Source: Escherichia coli (GTDB taxonomy: Bacteria > Pseudomonadota > Gammaproteobacteria > Enterobacterales > Enterobacteriaceae). From it: DNA of 64,000 bases. The DNA is taken from the NCBI RefSeq assembly GCF_003790525.1, contig NZ_CP033635.1. The stretch is one strand, 5' to 3'. Numbering within the stretch: the stretch's first letter is position 1; the number at the start of each line of letters is the position of its first letter. The translations under genes were made by a program, and so were the position numbers. Shown piece after piece: positions 49,939 to 63,055 of the stretch. The notes below the pieces were generated by a model. That model did no database searches and was not told where the DNA came from. It was given only the letters and a program-made list of their open reading frames with translations.

Positions 49939-51450
49939 ATGTTCACGGCAACAGAGGCAGTCCCGGTAGCAAAAGTGGTGGCAGGAAATAAGCGTTATCC
50001 CGGCGTCGTTGCGTTGGATAACGTTAACTTCACGCTCAATAAAGGCGAAGTTCGTGCGCTGTTAGGCAAAAACGGCGCGGGCAAATCGACCCTCATTCGA
50101 ATGCTTACCGGTAGCGAACGTCCGGATAGCGGTGATATCTGGATTGGCGAGACGCGACTGGAAGGTGACGAAACTACGCTGACTCGCCGTGCCGCTGAAC
50201 TGGGGGTTCGTGCGGTTTATCAGGAATTAAGTCTGGTGGAAGGGCTGACGGTGGCGGAAAACCTCTGCCTCGGTCAGTGGCCCCGCCGCAACGGCATGAT
50301 TGATTACCTGCAAATGGCGCAGGATGCCCAACGTTGCTTACAGGCGCTGGGCGTTGACGTTAGCCCTGAACAACTTGTTTCAACGCTAAGCCCGGCGCAA
50401 AAGCAACTGGTGGAAATTGCGCGGGTGATGAAGGGCGAGCCGCGCGTGGTCATTCTTGATGAACCCACCAGCTCGCTTGCCAGTGCGGAAGTTGAACTGG
50501 TGATCAGCGCGGTGAAAAAGATGTCGGCACTGGGCGTGGCGGTGATTTATGTCAGCCACCGGATGGAAGAAATTCGCCGCATTGCCTCCTGTGCCACCGT
50601 TATGCGCGATGGTCAGGTGGCGGGCGATGTGATGCTCGAAAACACCTCTACGCATCATATTGTGTCGCTAATGCTCGGGTGCGATCACGTTGATATTGCG
50701 CCGGTTGCCCCTCAGGAAATTATGGATCAGGCCGTGCTGGAAGTCCGTGCGTTACGCCATAAGCCCAAGCTGGAGGATATCAGCTTTACGCTACGTCGCG
50801 GCGAAGTGCTCGGCATTGCTGGCCTGCTGGGGGCAGGGCGCAGTGAATTGTTGAAAGCCATAGTTGGGCTGGAGACGTATGAACAGGGCGAAATTGTTAT
50901 CAACGGCGAGAAAATCACGTGCCCCGATTACGGCGACATGCTGAAACGCGGCATTGGATATACGCCAGAAAACCGCAAAGAAGCGGGGATCATTCCCTGG
51001 CTGGGCGTTGACGAAAATACAGTGCTGACCAATCGGCAAAAAATCAGCGCCAACGGTGTGCTGCAATGGTCCACCATCCGCCGCCTGACCGAAGAGGTGA
51101 TGCAGCGGATGACGGTCAAGGCCGCCAGTAGCGAAACGCCCATCGGCACGCTTTCTGGCGGCAATCAGCAAAAAGTGGTGATCGGTCGTTGGGTCTATGC
51201 CGCCAGCCAGATTTTGTTGCTCGACGAGCCAACGCGTGGCGTCGATATCGAAGCCAAACAGCAGATTTACCGTATTGTCCGCGAGCTGGCTGCCGAAGGA
51301 AAAAGCGTGGTGTTTATCTCCAGTGAAGTGGAGGAGTTACCGTTGGTGTGCGACCGCATTCTGTTGTTACAGCACGGTACGTTCTCGCAGGAGTTTCACT
51401 CTCCGGTCAATGTGGATGAGCTGATGTCCGCCATTCTGTCTGTGCACTGA
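49939..51450 (+). CDS. yphE: ABC transporter ATP-binding protein, tandem ATPase domains (uncharacterised)
   Basis: 503-aa ORF with two Walker A motifs (GKNGAGKST; GLLGAGRSEL) and two signature motifs (LSPAQKQL; LSGGNQQK), as in ribose/xylose-type importers. Confidence 0.9.
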   Translation: MFTATEAVPVAKVVAGNKRYPGVVALDNVNFTLNKGEVRALLGKNGAGKSTLIRMLTGSERPDSGDIWIGETRLEGDETTLTRRAAELGVRAVYQELSLVEGLTVAENLCLGQWPRRNGMIDYLQMAQDAQRCLQALGVDVSPEQLVSTLSPAQKQLVEIARVMKGEPRVVILDEPTSSLASAEVELVISAVKKMSALGVAVIYVSHRMEEIRRIASCATVMRDGQVAGDVMLENTSTHHIVSLMLGCDHVDIAPVAPQEIMDQAVLEVRALRHKPKLEDISFTLRRGEVLGIAGLLGAGRSELLKAIVGLETYEQGEIVINGEKITCPDYGDMLKRGIGYTPENRKEAGIIPWLGVDENTVLTNRQKISANGVLQWSTIRRLTEEVMQRMTVKAASSETPIGTLSGGNQQKVVIGRWVYAASQILLLDEPTRGVDIEAKQQIYRIVRELAAEGKSVVFISSEVEELPLVCDRILLLQHGTFSQEFHSPVNVDELMSAILSVH

Positions 51451-51474
51451 TGAATTTTACCGAGGAACCTGAAG

Positions 51475-52473
51475 ATGTCTGCTTCGTCATTACCATTGCC
51501 GCAGGGCAAGAGCGTCTCGCTCAAACAATTTGTCAGTCGCCATATTAATGAGATCGGTTTGCTGGTGGTGATTGCCATTTTGTATCTGGTCTTCTCCCTG
51601 AACGCGCCGGGTTTTATCTCATTGAATAACCAGATGAACGTGCTGCGTGATGCCGCCACCATTGGGATCGCCGCCTGGGCGATGACGCTGATTATTATCT
51701 CCGGTGAAATTGATGTCAGCGTTGGGCCGATGGTGGCTTTTGTCTCGGTGTGCCTGGCATTTTTGCTGCAATTTGACGTTCCGCTGGCGATTGCTTGTCT
51801 GCTGGTGTTGCTGTTAGGTGCGCTGATGGGAACGCTCGCCGGGGTGCTGCGCGGCGTGTTTAACGTGCCAAGTTTTGTTGCCACGCTGGGTTTATGGAGC
51901 GCCCTGCGCGGAATGGGGCTGTTTATGACGAACGCCTTGCCAGTGCCAATTAACGAAAACGAAGTGCTGGACTGGCTGGGCGGACAATTTCTCGGTGTGC
52001 CGGTATCCGCGCTGATCATGATGGTGTTATTTGCGCTGTTTGTGTTCATTAGCCGCAAAACCGCCTTCGGGCGCTCGGTTTTTGCTGTTGGCGGTAATGC
52101 CACTGCAGCGCAGTTGTGCGGTATTAACGTTCGTCGGGTACGCATTCTTATTTTTACCCTTTCGGGATTATTAGCGGCGGTGACCGGCATTTTGTTGGCG
52201 GCGCGCCTCGGTTCCGGTAACGCAGGTGCCGCAAACGGTCTGGAGTTTGACGTCATCGCCGCGGTCGTCGTCGGCGGTACGGCGCTTTCCGGTGGTCGCG
52301 GCTCGTTGTTCGGTACGCTGCTTGGCGTACTGGTGATTACGCTAATCGGTAACGGTCTGGTGCTGCTCGGGATTAACTCCTTTTTCCAGCAGGTGGTGCG
52401 CGGCGTCATCATCGTGGTGGCGGTGCTGGCGAATATCTTGCTGACCCAGCGTAGCAGTAAAGCGAAACGCTAA
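51475..52473 (+). CDS. yphD: ABC transporter permease (uncharacterised)
   Basis: 332-aa polytopic membrane protein of the RbsC/AraH permease family. Confidence 0.9.
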   Translation: MSASSLPLPQGKSVSLKQFVSRHINEIGLLVVIAILYLVFSLNAPGFISLNNQMNVLRDAATIGIAAWAMTLIIISGEIDVSVGPMVAFVSVCLAFLLQFDVPLAIACLLVLLLGALMGTLAGVLRGVFNVPSFVATLGLWSALRGMGLFMTNALPVPINENEVLDWLGGQFLGVPVSALIMMVLFALFVFISRKTAFGRSVFAVGGNATAAQLCGINVRRVRILIFTLSGLLAAVTGILLAARLGSGNAGAANGLEFDVIAAVVVGGTALSGGRGSLFGTLLGVLVITLIGNGLVLLGINSFFQQVVRGVIIVVAVLANILLTQRSSKAKR

Positions 52474-52538
52474 ACCTTAACGCCCCTGGCGCGGGTGCGG
52501 CAGGGATGAAAATTAATCGTATTGTTAATGAGGGATTT

Positions 52539-53600
52539 ATGAAAACGATGCTGGCAGCTTATTTACCAGGAAATTCGACCGTCGATCTGCGGGAAGTTGC
52601 GGTGCCGACGCCGGGTATTAACCAGGTACTGATCAAAATGAAATCCTCCGGAATTTGCGGAAGCGATGTCCACTATATCTACCACCAGCACCGCGCTACG
52701 GCGGCGGCACCCGATAAACCGTTATACCAGGGATTTATCAACGGTCATGAACCGTGCGGGCAAATTGTGGCGATGGGGCAAGGCTGCCGCCATTTTAAAG
52801 AGGGCGACCGTGTGCTGGTGTATCACATTTCTGGCTGTGGTTTTTGCCCGAACTGCCGTCGTGGTTTTCCTATCTCTTGTACTGGCGAAGGAAAAGCGGC
52901 TTACGGCTGGCAGCGTGACGGCGGCCATGCTGAATACCTGCTGGCGGAAGAAAAAGATCTGATCCTCCTGCCGGATGCACTGAGTTACGAAGATGGTGCG
53001 TTTATCAGTTGCGGCGTTGGTACAGCGTATGAAGGGATTTTGCGCGGCGAAGTTTCCGGCAGTGATAACGTGCTGGTGGTCGGTCTGGGGCCGGTCGGCA
53101 TGATGGCGATGATGCTGGCAAAAGGTCGCGGTGCAAAAAGGATCATCGGCGTTGATATGTTGCCGGAACGTCTGGCGATGGCGAAACAGTTAGGAGTGAT
53201 GGATCACGGCTATTTAGCGACTACCGAAGGTCTGCCGCAGATAATCGCCGAACTCACTCACGGCGGCGCGGATGTTGCGCTTGATTGTTCCGGTAATGCC
53301 GCAGGTCGCTTACTGGCACTGCAATCCACCGCTGACTGGGGACGGGTGGTTTACATCGGGGAAACCGGAAAAGTGGAGTTCGAGGTTAGCGCTGATCTGA
53401 TGCATCATCAACGGCGGATTATTGGCTCCTGGGTGACCAGTCTGTTCCATATGGAAAAATGCGCCCACGATTTAACGGACTGGAAACTGTGGCCGCGTAA
53501 TGCCATTACCCATCGCTTCTCACTGGAACAGGCAGGAGATGCCTATGCGCTGATGGCGAGCGGCAAATGCGGGAAAGTTGTGATTAACTTCCCGGATTAA
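52539..53600 (+). CDS. yphC: zinc-dependent alcohol/polyol dehydrogenase (uncharacterised)
   Basis: 353 aa from MKTMLAAYLPGNSTVDLREV...; catalytic zinc motif GHEPCGQIVAMG, structural zinc cysteines (CGFCPNCRRG), Rossmann GLGPVG. Confidence 0.88.
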   Translation: MKTMLAAYLPGNSTVDLREVAVPTPGINQVLIKMKSSGICGSDVHYIYHQHRATAAAPDKPLYQGFINGHEPCGQIVAMGQGCRHFKEGDRVLVYHISGCGFCPNCRRGFPISCTGEGKAAYGWQRDGGHAEYLLAEEKDLILLPDALSYEDGAFISCGVGTAYEGILRGEVSGSDNVLVVGLGPVGMMAMMLAKGRGAKRIIGVDMLPERLAMAKQLGVMDHGYLATTEGLPQIIAELTHGGADVALDCSGNAAGRLLALQSTADWGRVVYIGETGKVEFEVSADLMHHQRRIIGSWVTSLFHMEKCAHDLTDWKLWPRNAITHRFSLEQAGDAYALMASGKCGKVVINFPD

Positions 53601-53611
53601 GGAGTTAGCGG

Positions 53612-54484
53612 ATGACCATCTATACCTTATCTCACGGGCCGCTAAAGCTGGACGTTTCTGACCGGGGCGGCGTCATCGAAGGCTTCTGGCGTGACGCGAC
53701 GCCGCTCTTACGTCCCGGTAAAAAAAGCGGTGTGGCAACCGATGCCTCTTGTTTTCCGCTGGTGCCGTTTGCAAACCGGGTGAGCGGCAATCGTTTTGTC
53801 TGGCAGGGGCGTGAGTATCAACTGCAACCGAATGTTGAGTGGGATGCGCATTATCTACACGGCGATGGCTGGTTGGGCGAGTGGCAATGTGTCTCGCGCA
53901 GCGATGATAGCTTGTGTCTGGTGTATGAACATCTCAGCGGTGTTTATCACTATCGGGTAAGCCAGGCATTTCATTTAACGGCGGATACGCTGACAGTGAC
54001 GCTCGCTGTCACCAATCAAGGGGCAGAGACGCTGCCATTTGGTACCGGCTGGCATCCTTATTTTCCGTTGTCGCCGCAAACGCGGATTCAGGCACAGGCG
54101 AGCGGTTACTGGCTGGAGCGGGAGCAGTGGCTGGCGGGTGAGTTTTGCGAGCAGCTACCGCAGGAACTGGATTTTAACCAGCTCACGCCGTTGCCGCGCC
54201 AGTGGGTAAACAATGGTTTTGCCGGATGGAATGGTAAGGCCCGCATCGAGCAGCCGCAGGAGGGTTATGCCATCATCATGGAAACGACGCGGCCTGCACC
54301 GTGTTATTTCATCTTTGTTTCCGACCCGGCGTTTGATAAAGGATATGCGTTTGATTTCTTCTGTCTGGAACCGATGAGCCATGCGCCAGATGATCATCAT
54401 CGCCCGGAAGGTGGTGATCTCATTGCGCTTGCACCAGGGGAATCAACAACTTCAGAGATGTCGTTGCGGGTTGCGTTACTGTAA
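53612..54484 (+). CDS. yphB: aldose 1-epimerase (mutarotase)-like protein (uncharacterised)
   Basis: 290-aa ORF; mutarotase-family features (…NQGAETLPFGTGWHPYFPL…, C-terminal FCLEPMS). Confidence 0.85.
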   Translation: MTIYTLSHGPLKLDVSDRGGVIEGFWRDATPLLRPGKKSGVATDASCFPLVPFANRVSGNRFVWQGREYQLQPNVEWDAHYLHGDGWLGEWQCVSRSDDSLCLVYEHLSGVYHYRVSQAFHLTADTLTVTLAVTNQGAETLPFGTGWHPYFPLSPQTRIQAQASGYWLEREQWLAGEFCEQLPQELDFNQLTPLPRQWVNNGFAGWNGKARIEQPQEGYAIIMETTRPAPCYFIFVSDPAFDKGYAFDFFCLEPMSHAPDDHHRPEGGDLIALAPGESTTSEMSLRVALL

Positions 54485-54492
54485 TTTATAAA

Positions 54493-54526
54493 ATGCCGGA
54501 TAAGGCGTTCACGCCGCATCCGGCAT
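54493..54526. repeat. REP element
   Basis: ATGCCGGATAAGGCGTTCACGCCGCATCCGGCAT palindrome between convergent yphB and yphA. Confidence 0.8.
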
Positions 54527-54531
54527 CTTTC

Positions 54532-54954
54532 CTAACGCCGATCGAGAGAAATCGCCCCCGGCCCGGTAATTGCCAACAGCAGGAATGCGCCAGCGATACT
54601 GACATTCTTCCAGAAATTAATCATATTTGGCCCAACCGCATCGCCGGTCATATCCCAGTAATGGTGACCAATTACCGCTGTACCCAGCGTGTAGAAAATA
54701 AACAGCACCGCCAGCGGACGGGTGAAAAAGCCAAGCACGATTAATATCGCGGCGGGCACTTCCATAACTACCGCAATAATCGCTGCCAGCATCGGCATTG
54801 GCGCGCCCAGCGAGGCCATATATTGGACCGTACCGTCAAAGCCCATCATTTTGGGAAAACCAAAAATAATGAAAATTAAGACCACGGCGATACGGGCAAT
54901 TAATAACAAAACGGGGCGTGCAGCACCAAAATCAAAATAACGTAGTGAGTTCAT
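54532..54954 (-). CDS. yphA: DoxX-family inner membrane protein (uncharacterised)
   Basis: 140 aa from [29 protein letters not shown]...; four predicted TM helices. Confidence 0.85.
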   Translation of the reverse strand: MNSLRYFDFGAARPVLLLIARIAVVLIFIIFGFPKMMGFDGTVQYMASLGAPMPMLAAIIAVVMEVPAAILIVLGFFTRPLAVLFIFYTLGTAVIGHHYWDMTGDAVGPNMINFWKNVSIAGAFLLLAITGPGAISLDRR

Positions 54955-55050
54955 AACCAATCCCTTTGCAAGATAATGTGATTTAAACGTAATACACACT
55001 CTGGCACCTCGCCACGCCCCAGGAGTTTAGATATTCGCTAATTATCCTGG

Positions 55051-56262
<1,212 letters not shown>

Positions 56263-57075
56263 TTAAAGATCCAGCCCAGCCGCTACGTGGCGAATGCCGC
56301 GAATCGCTAAACCCGCATCAGCGTTGATCATCACACCGCTTAATGCGCGATTATTGCGCCGCGATGCCAACATCACATACGGACCCGTAAAATCCGCCGG
56401 TTGCGGGAAAAATTGCAGCGGTAATATGGCGGCAATTTTCTCCGGCGTCAGAGACTGCATTATCGAGGTTTCACTTTGCCCGAGCGCCTGTGGGCCGCGC
56501 AGGTCGCTGGCCATACCACACGGGCCGACGCCATTCACCCGCACTTTCGGTGCCAGTTCATAAGCCAGTTGGCGAATAAGTCCGGTTGCGGCATGTTTAC
56601 TGGCGGTGTACAGCGGGCCACCGCCGCCGGGATACCAGGCGGCATTTGACAGTGTGAAAATCATGCTGCCTTCACTGGCGATTAACGCCGGAGCGCAGGC
56701 TTTTGCGCCCAGCAGGTAACCGAGTACGTTGACGTTAAACAGCTCGTGGAAGCCGGTTTCGAGCGTCTCTGCGGGAGTATTAACCAGTGAGGCATTGTGA
56801 TCCCAGATGCCCGCATTGCCGATAAAACAATCCAGTTTGCCAGAACGAGTCAGGATCTGATCGAGCGCGCGTTGATAATCGGCATAACAGGTCACGTTGC
56901 CTTCCACCGCCAGAATATGTTCACCAAATCGCTGACGCAGACTGGCGACTTTCGCCGCCGACAGTTCCAGCGTGGCAACCTGCGCGCCTTCTTCGATAAA
57001 TCGCTCGACCAGCGCCAGGCCTAATCCCGATCCGCCGCCGGTAATAAAGATGGACTCGTTATGCAGATCGCTCAT
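56263..57075 (-). CDS. hcaB: cis-2,3-dihydrodiol dehydrogenase (SDR family)
   Basis: 270-aa ORF; SDR motifs [12 protein letters not shown] and YTASKHA. Confidence 0.93.
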   Translation of the reverse strand: MSDLHNESIFITGGGSGLGLALVERFIEEGAQVATLELSAAKVASLRQRFGEHILAVEGNVTCYADYQRALDQILTRSGKLDCFIGNAGIWDHNASLVNTPAETLETGFHELFNVNVLGYLLGAKACAPALIASEGSMIFTLSNAAWYPGGGGPLYTASKHAATGLIRQLAYELAPKVRVNGVGPCGMASDLRGPQALGQSETSIMQSLTPEKIAAILPLQFFPQPADFTGPYVMLASRRNNRALSGVMINADAGLAIRGIRHVAAGLDL

Positions 57076-57391
57076 GGCTGCGCCTCCGGTAAGTCGATGA
57101 AGATGTCACCACCTTCAACGTGTACTGGATAAGTGGTTAGCGGATCGGTGGCGGGCAGGCATAATGCTTTCCCCGTTTTCAGGCAAAAACTGGCGGCGTG
57201 CAGCGGGCACTCCACCGTGGCGTCATCTTCCAGATACCCTTCTGACATCGACGCATTACCATGGCTGCAACGATCGTTAATGGCATAAAACTCGCCGCCT
57301 ACGTTGAACAGGGCGATGACGGGCGAGGTATCGATCCGGAGAGCCTCACCCTCCGGCACATCCGCAACGGGACACGCATAAATTCGATTCA

Positions 57392-57392
<1 letters not shown>
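57072..57392 (-). CDS. hcaC: Rieske-type ferredoxin of the dioxygenase
   Basis: 106-aa ORF; Rieske ligands CSHGNASM...CPLHAASF. Confidence 0.93.
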
Positions 57393-59304
<1,912 letters not shown>

Positions 59305-59403
59305 CTATTTTTGTGCCATAAGGATGTTGCTGGTTGGTTGCTGATATGTGAAATAGTTAATTTCTACCAGCTGAGACGTTTTTTCGATAACAAGGGGAAG
59401 GTG

Positions 59404-60294
59404 ATGGAACTACGGCATTTACGCTATTTCGTCGCAGTGGCGCAGGCACTGAACTTTACCCGTGCGGCGGAAAAACTGCATACCTCACAGCCTTCGTTAA
59501 GCAGCCAGATCCGCGATCTTGAAAACTGTGTCGGTGTTCCGTTACTGGTGAGGGATAAGCGCAAAGTCGCGTTGACGGCGGCGGGAGAATGTTTTCTCCA
59601 GGACGCGCTGGCAATCCTCGAACAAGCGGAAAATGCCAAATTACGGGCGCGGAAAATTGTTCAGGAAGACAGACAATTAACCATTGGCTTTGTGCCATCG
59701 GCGGAAGTGAATTTACTGCCAAAAGTATTACCGATGTTTCGTCTCAGACAGCCAGACACCTTAATTGAGCTGGTGAGTTTAATCACCACGGAACAGGAAG
59801 AAAAAATTCGCCGTGGTGAACTCGACGTCGGCTTAATGCGCCATCCCGTTTATAGCCCGGAGATTGATTATCTGGAGCTTTTTGACGAACCATTAGTGGT
59901 GGTGTTACCGGTTGATCACCCTTTAGCACATGAAAAAGAGATCACTGCCGCGCAACTGGATGGCGTGAATTTCGTCAGTACTGATCCAGCGTATTCCGGT
60001 TCGCTTGCGCCGATCGTTAAAGCGTGGTTTGCGCAAGAAAACAGCCAGCCAAATATCGTCCAGGTGGCAACGAATATTCTGGTGACCATGAATCTGGTGG
60101 GGATGGGGCTGGGCGTCACTTTGATACCCGGTTATATGAATAATTTTAATACCGGCCAGGTGGTATTTCGACCCATTGCCGGAAATGTGCCTGCCATTGC
60201 TTTACTGATGGCGTGGAAGAAAGGGGAGATGAAGCCGGCATTACGCGATTTCATCGCCATTGTGCAGGAACGTTTGGCAAGCGTAACGGCATAA
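59404..60294 (+). CDS. hcaR: LysR-family activator of the hca operon
   Basis: 296 aa from MELRHLRYFVAVAQALNFTRAAEKLHTSQPSLSSQIRDLE...; divergent from hcaE; ORF-track ORF starts 31 codons upstream. Confidence 0.93.
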   Translation: MELRHLRYFVAVAQALNFTRAAEKLHTSQPSLSSQIRDLENCVGVPLLVRDKRKVALTAAGECFLQDALAILEQAENAKLRARKIVQEDRQLTIGFVPSAEVNLLPKVLPMFRLRQPDTLIELVSLITTEQEEKIRRGELDVGLMRHPVYSPEIDYLELFDEPLVVVLPVDHPLAHEKEITAAQLDGVNFVSTDPAYSGSLAPIVKAWFAQENSQPNIVQVATNILVTMNLVGMGLGVTLIPGYMNNFNTGQVVFRPIAGNVPAIALLMAWKKGEMKPALRDFIAIVQERLASVTA

Positions 60295-60453
60295 TTACGC
60301 ATTATTTTTGCAACATGCGTCGCGGATCGCAGTTTTTTAGTGCTTGTGAACTGGTGTTACAGACATCGGGAAGCAGGCTCGAATATTCTTATTTTTCAAC
60401 TTGCACCAACATTCGATTAACCCCAGACTAACGCCTCCTGACGGGAGGGACTC

Positions 60454-61593
60454 ATGGTTTTGCAATCCACGCGCTGGTTGGCGCTCGGCTATTTCACATA
60501 CTTTTTTAGTTACGGCATTTTTCTACCTTTCTGGAGCGTCTGGCTTAAAGGTATTGGTTTAACGCCAGAAACCATCGGCCTGTTATTGGGGGCGGGTCTG
60601 GTTGCCCGTTTCCTCGGGAGTTTGCTCATCGCGCCCCGCGTCAGCGATCCTTCCCGCCTGATTTCCGCCTTGCGCGTGCTGGCACTGCTGACACTTCTCT
60701 TTGCTGTCGCCTTCTGGGCGGGGGCGCACGTAGCGTGGCTGATGCTGGTGATGATTGGCTTTAACCTCTTTTTCTCACCGCTGGTACCGTTGACCGATGC
60801 ACTGGCGAATACGTGGCAAAAGCAGTTCCCGCTTGATTACGGCAAAGTGAGACTGTGGGGCTCGGTAGCGTTTGTCATTGGCTCGGCGCTGACGGGCAAA
60901 CTGGTCAGTATGTTTGATTATCGGGTGATCCTCGCGCTGTTGACGTTGGGCGTGGCATCCATGCTGCTCGGCTTTCTCATCCGTCCGACGATTCAGCCAC
61001 AAGGGGCAAGCCGCCAGCAGGAGAGCACCGGTTGGTCTGCGTGGTTGGCGTTGGTTCGCCAGAACTGGCGCTTTCTGGCCTGCGTTTGTTTATTGCAGGG
61101 GGCACATGCGGCCTATTACGGTTTTAGCGCCATTTACTGGCAGGCAGCTGGCTACTCGGCCTCGGCGGTGGGCTATTTGTGGTCGCTGGGCGTGGTGGCA
61201 GAAGTCATTATCTTTGCGCTGAGTAATAAGCTTTTCCGCCGTTGTAGCGCCCGTGATATGTTGCTGATCTCGGCAGTATGTGGGGTATTGCGTTGGGGAA
61301 TTATGGGGGCAACCACTGAGCTACTGTGGTTGATTATGGTGCAAATTTTGCATTGCGGCACCTTCACCGTGTGCCATCTGACCGCTATGCGCTACATTGC
61401 TGCTCGCCAGGGTAGCGAAGTCATCCGTTTACAGGCGGTTTACTCTGCCGTCGCGATGGGCGGCAGTATCGCCATCATGACCGTTTTCGCCGGTTTCCTG
61501 TATCAATATCTCGGCCACGGCGTGTTCTGGGTGATGGCGCTGGTGGCGCTTCCGGCAATGTTTTTGCGCCCGAAAGTTGTTCCCTCATGCTGA
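60454..61593 (+). CDS. hcaT: MFS transporter (putative 3-phenylpropionate transporter)
   Basis: 379-aa polytopic membrane ORF; 3' end overlaps the convergent csiE by 9 bp. Confidence 0.9.
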   Translation: MVLQSTRWLALGYFTYFFSYGIFLPFWSVWLKGIGLTPETIGLLLGAGLVARFLGSLLIAPRVSDPSRLISALRVLALLTLLFAVAFWAGAHVAWLMLVMIGFNLFFSPLVPLTDALANTWQKQFPLDYGKVRLWGSVAFVIGSALTGKLVSMFDYRVILALLTLGVASMLLGFLIRPTIQPQGASRQQESTGWSAWLALVRQNWRFLACVCLLQGAHAAYYGFSAIYWQAAGYSASAVGYLWSLGVVAEVIIFALSNKLFRRCSARDMLLISAVCGVLRWGIMGATTELLWLIMVQILHCGTFTVCHLTAMRYIAARQGSEVIRLQAVYSAVAMGGSIAIMTVFAGFLYQYLGHGVFWVMALVALPAMFLRPKVVPSC

Positions 61594-62865
61594 TTCGAGC
61601 ATTTTGCGGATCTGCTCCTGTTGATGTGTTGTCAACGTCAGGTCCGTATAGATCAGCGGTGGTGAAAAGAGCGGTAACGGCATGGTATAAGGAGCAATAA
61701 TCAGTGCCGCGCCGCGCGGAGCGCCTGTCTGCAAAAATGCCTTTACCGACATATGTTTAATGTTGAGCGGCAGTAACGTTAGTTCGCGTAGCTGCTGCTC
61801 AATCTGCGCTTCTCGCTCGCTATCATTCCCGGTCAGTAGAATAATCTGTTTCTCATGCAGGTCGTTTTCCTGCATTAGCCAGGCACCGAAAATCACCGCG
61901 ACCAGACCGCTTTCCTCATCAGAAAGATGGACGCCGTATTCACTTTCAAATCCGGCCAGCGCCGCGCGGGTGGTGCGCACCAGGCGTGGATACAGGCGGG
62001 CGAACTCTTCCGGCAGGGTGTTATCAATACCGATGGCAAACAAACTGCGATTTAACGCCTGGGCGAGGTGGGTATAAAGCTGATCGCACAACCCCTGTTC
62101 ATCATAAAAACGAACATTTCCCAGCTCACGAAAATGGTTTACCAGACGTTTGATAGACTGACGCAGTTGTCTGTCCCGCTGATGCGCATCCCGCAGTGGA
62201 TCGGGAACCCGCAACATGGAAAAAAGTAATGCCATGAACAGTGGCTCATCAGGCGGTACAGGCTGGAGCGCCCGACGCTGCCAGTGGCGTCCAATTTCCT
62301 GCGCTACCTGAAATTCAAGGCAGGATTCCGCCCAGCGACGTTGGAGCGGATTAAACTGAGGCGTAATTCCAGCGTGGTGTTGCAGCAAACAATATTGCAG
62401 ATACAGACACAGGAAATGAATATCGCGCGTTTCAAAGCGTTTTTGCAGCCGTCGGGAGCAGAGATTCACTAACGCTTGTAGATTGGTATCGTCGTAAAAG
62501 TTACGCGCAATTCCGCGCCGCTTCAGTTCACTCTTCAGGGCGGGGGTGAAATGGCTGGTAATAAATGACGGACACAGACGGAAACCACGTCGTAGCCAGT
62601 GAAATAAACACAAACGTTGGTTAAGCACTGTACCTTCAACCCGGTAGCTACCGTCATAACCAGTAGTCAGTGTGAGTTGATGATAGCGCAGGATCTCCCG
62701 TCCTGTTTCGCTGATATCAAGACTGGCAATATCATCATCCACACCATTAAGCTCGCTGAAAGTTGCCGTGGTGGCGGTCAACCCCGGCTGAAAGAGTGTC
62801 AGCAAGATCTGGCAGCGGCGCTGGGGAGCCGAAAGGACAGATGGTGGAGCAAGCGTAGGCATCAT
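61585..62865 (-). CDS. csiE: stationary-phase-inducible protein CsiE
   Basis: 426 aa from MMPTLAPPSVLSAPQRRCQILLTLFQPGL...; ORF-track ORF begins 7 codons upstream. Confidence 0.88.
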   Translation of the reverse strand: MMPTLAPPSVLSAPQRRCQILLTLFQPGLTATTATFSELNGVDDDIASLDISETGREILRYHQLTLTTGYDGSYRVEGTVLNQRLCLFHWLRRGFRLCPSFITSHFTPALKSELKRRGIARNFYDDTNLQALVNLCSRRLQKRFETRDIHFLCLYLQYCLLQHHAGITPQFNPLQRRWAESCLEFQVAQEIGRHWQRRALQPVPPDEPLFMALLFSMLRVPDPLRDAHQRDRQLRQSIKRLVNHFRELGNVRFYDEQGLCDQLYTHLAQALNRSLFAIGIDNTLPEEFARLYPRLVRTTRAALAGFESEYGVHLSDEESGLVAVIFGAWLMQENDLHEKQIILLTGNDSEREAQIEQQLRELTLLPLNIKHMSVKAFLQTGAPRGAALIIAPYTMPLPLFSPPLIYTDLTLTTHQQEQIRKMLESA

Positions 62866-63055
62866 CTGTAGATCTCCCATAAGCATAATTGATAAGAATA
62901 GCTAAAGTTTGCTCAGGGAAATGGCGAAGGGAATGCTAATCATCAGAAATGTTGGCAAGCGTCACAGAATTTTTCTCATCTTAAACTGTTCTGACCAGTG
63001 GATTAGCATGTCTTAAGGTGGTTTTGTGAATGATTATCGTGCTAGCGATCATGGG

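Noticed and set aside
51396-52412. 338-aa antisense ORF inside yphD, plus similar shadow ORFs in pdxJ (26819-27598), hmp (41892-42530), nadB (17244-17896) and yphE
   Set aside because: Shadow ORFs opposite genuine genes; Pro/Ser/Thr/Ala-rich translations without domain signatures.
62866-63055. Possible cAMP-CRP site in the csiE promoter region (minus-strand TGTGAcgcttgcCAACA around 62950-62975)
   Set aside because: Only one half-site (TGTGA) is convincing and the second half deviates from TCACA; insufficient to call from sequence alone.
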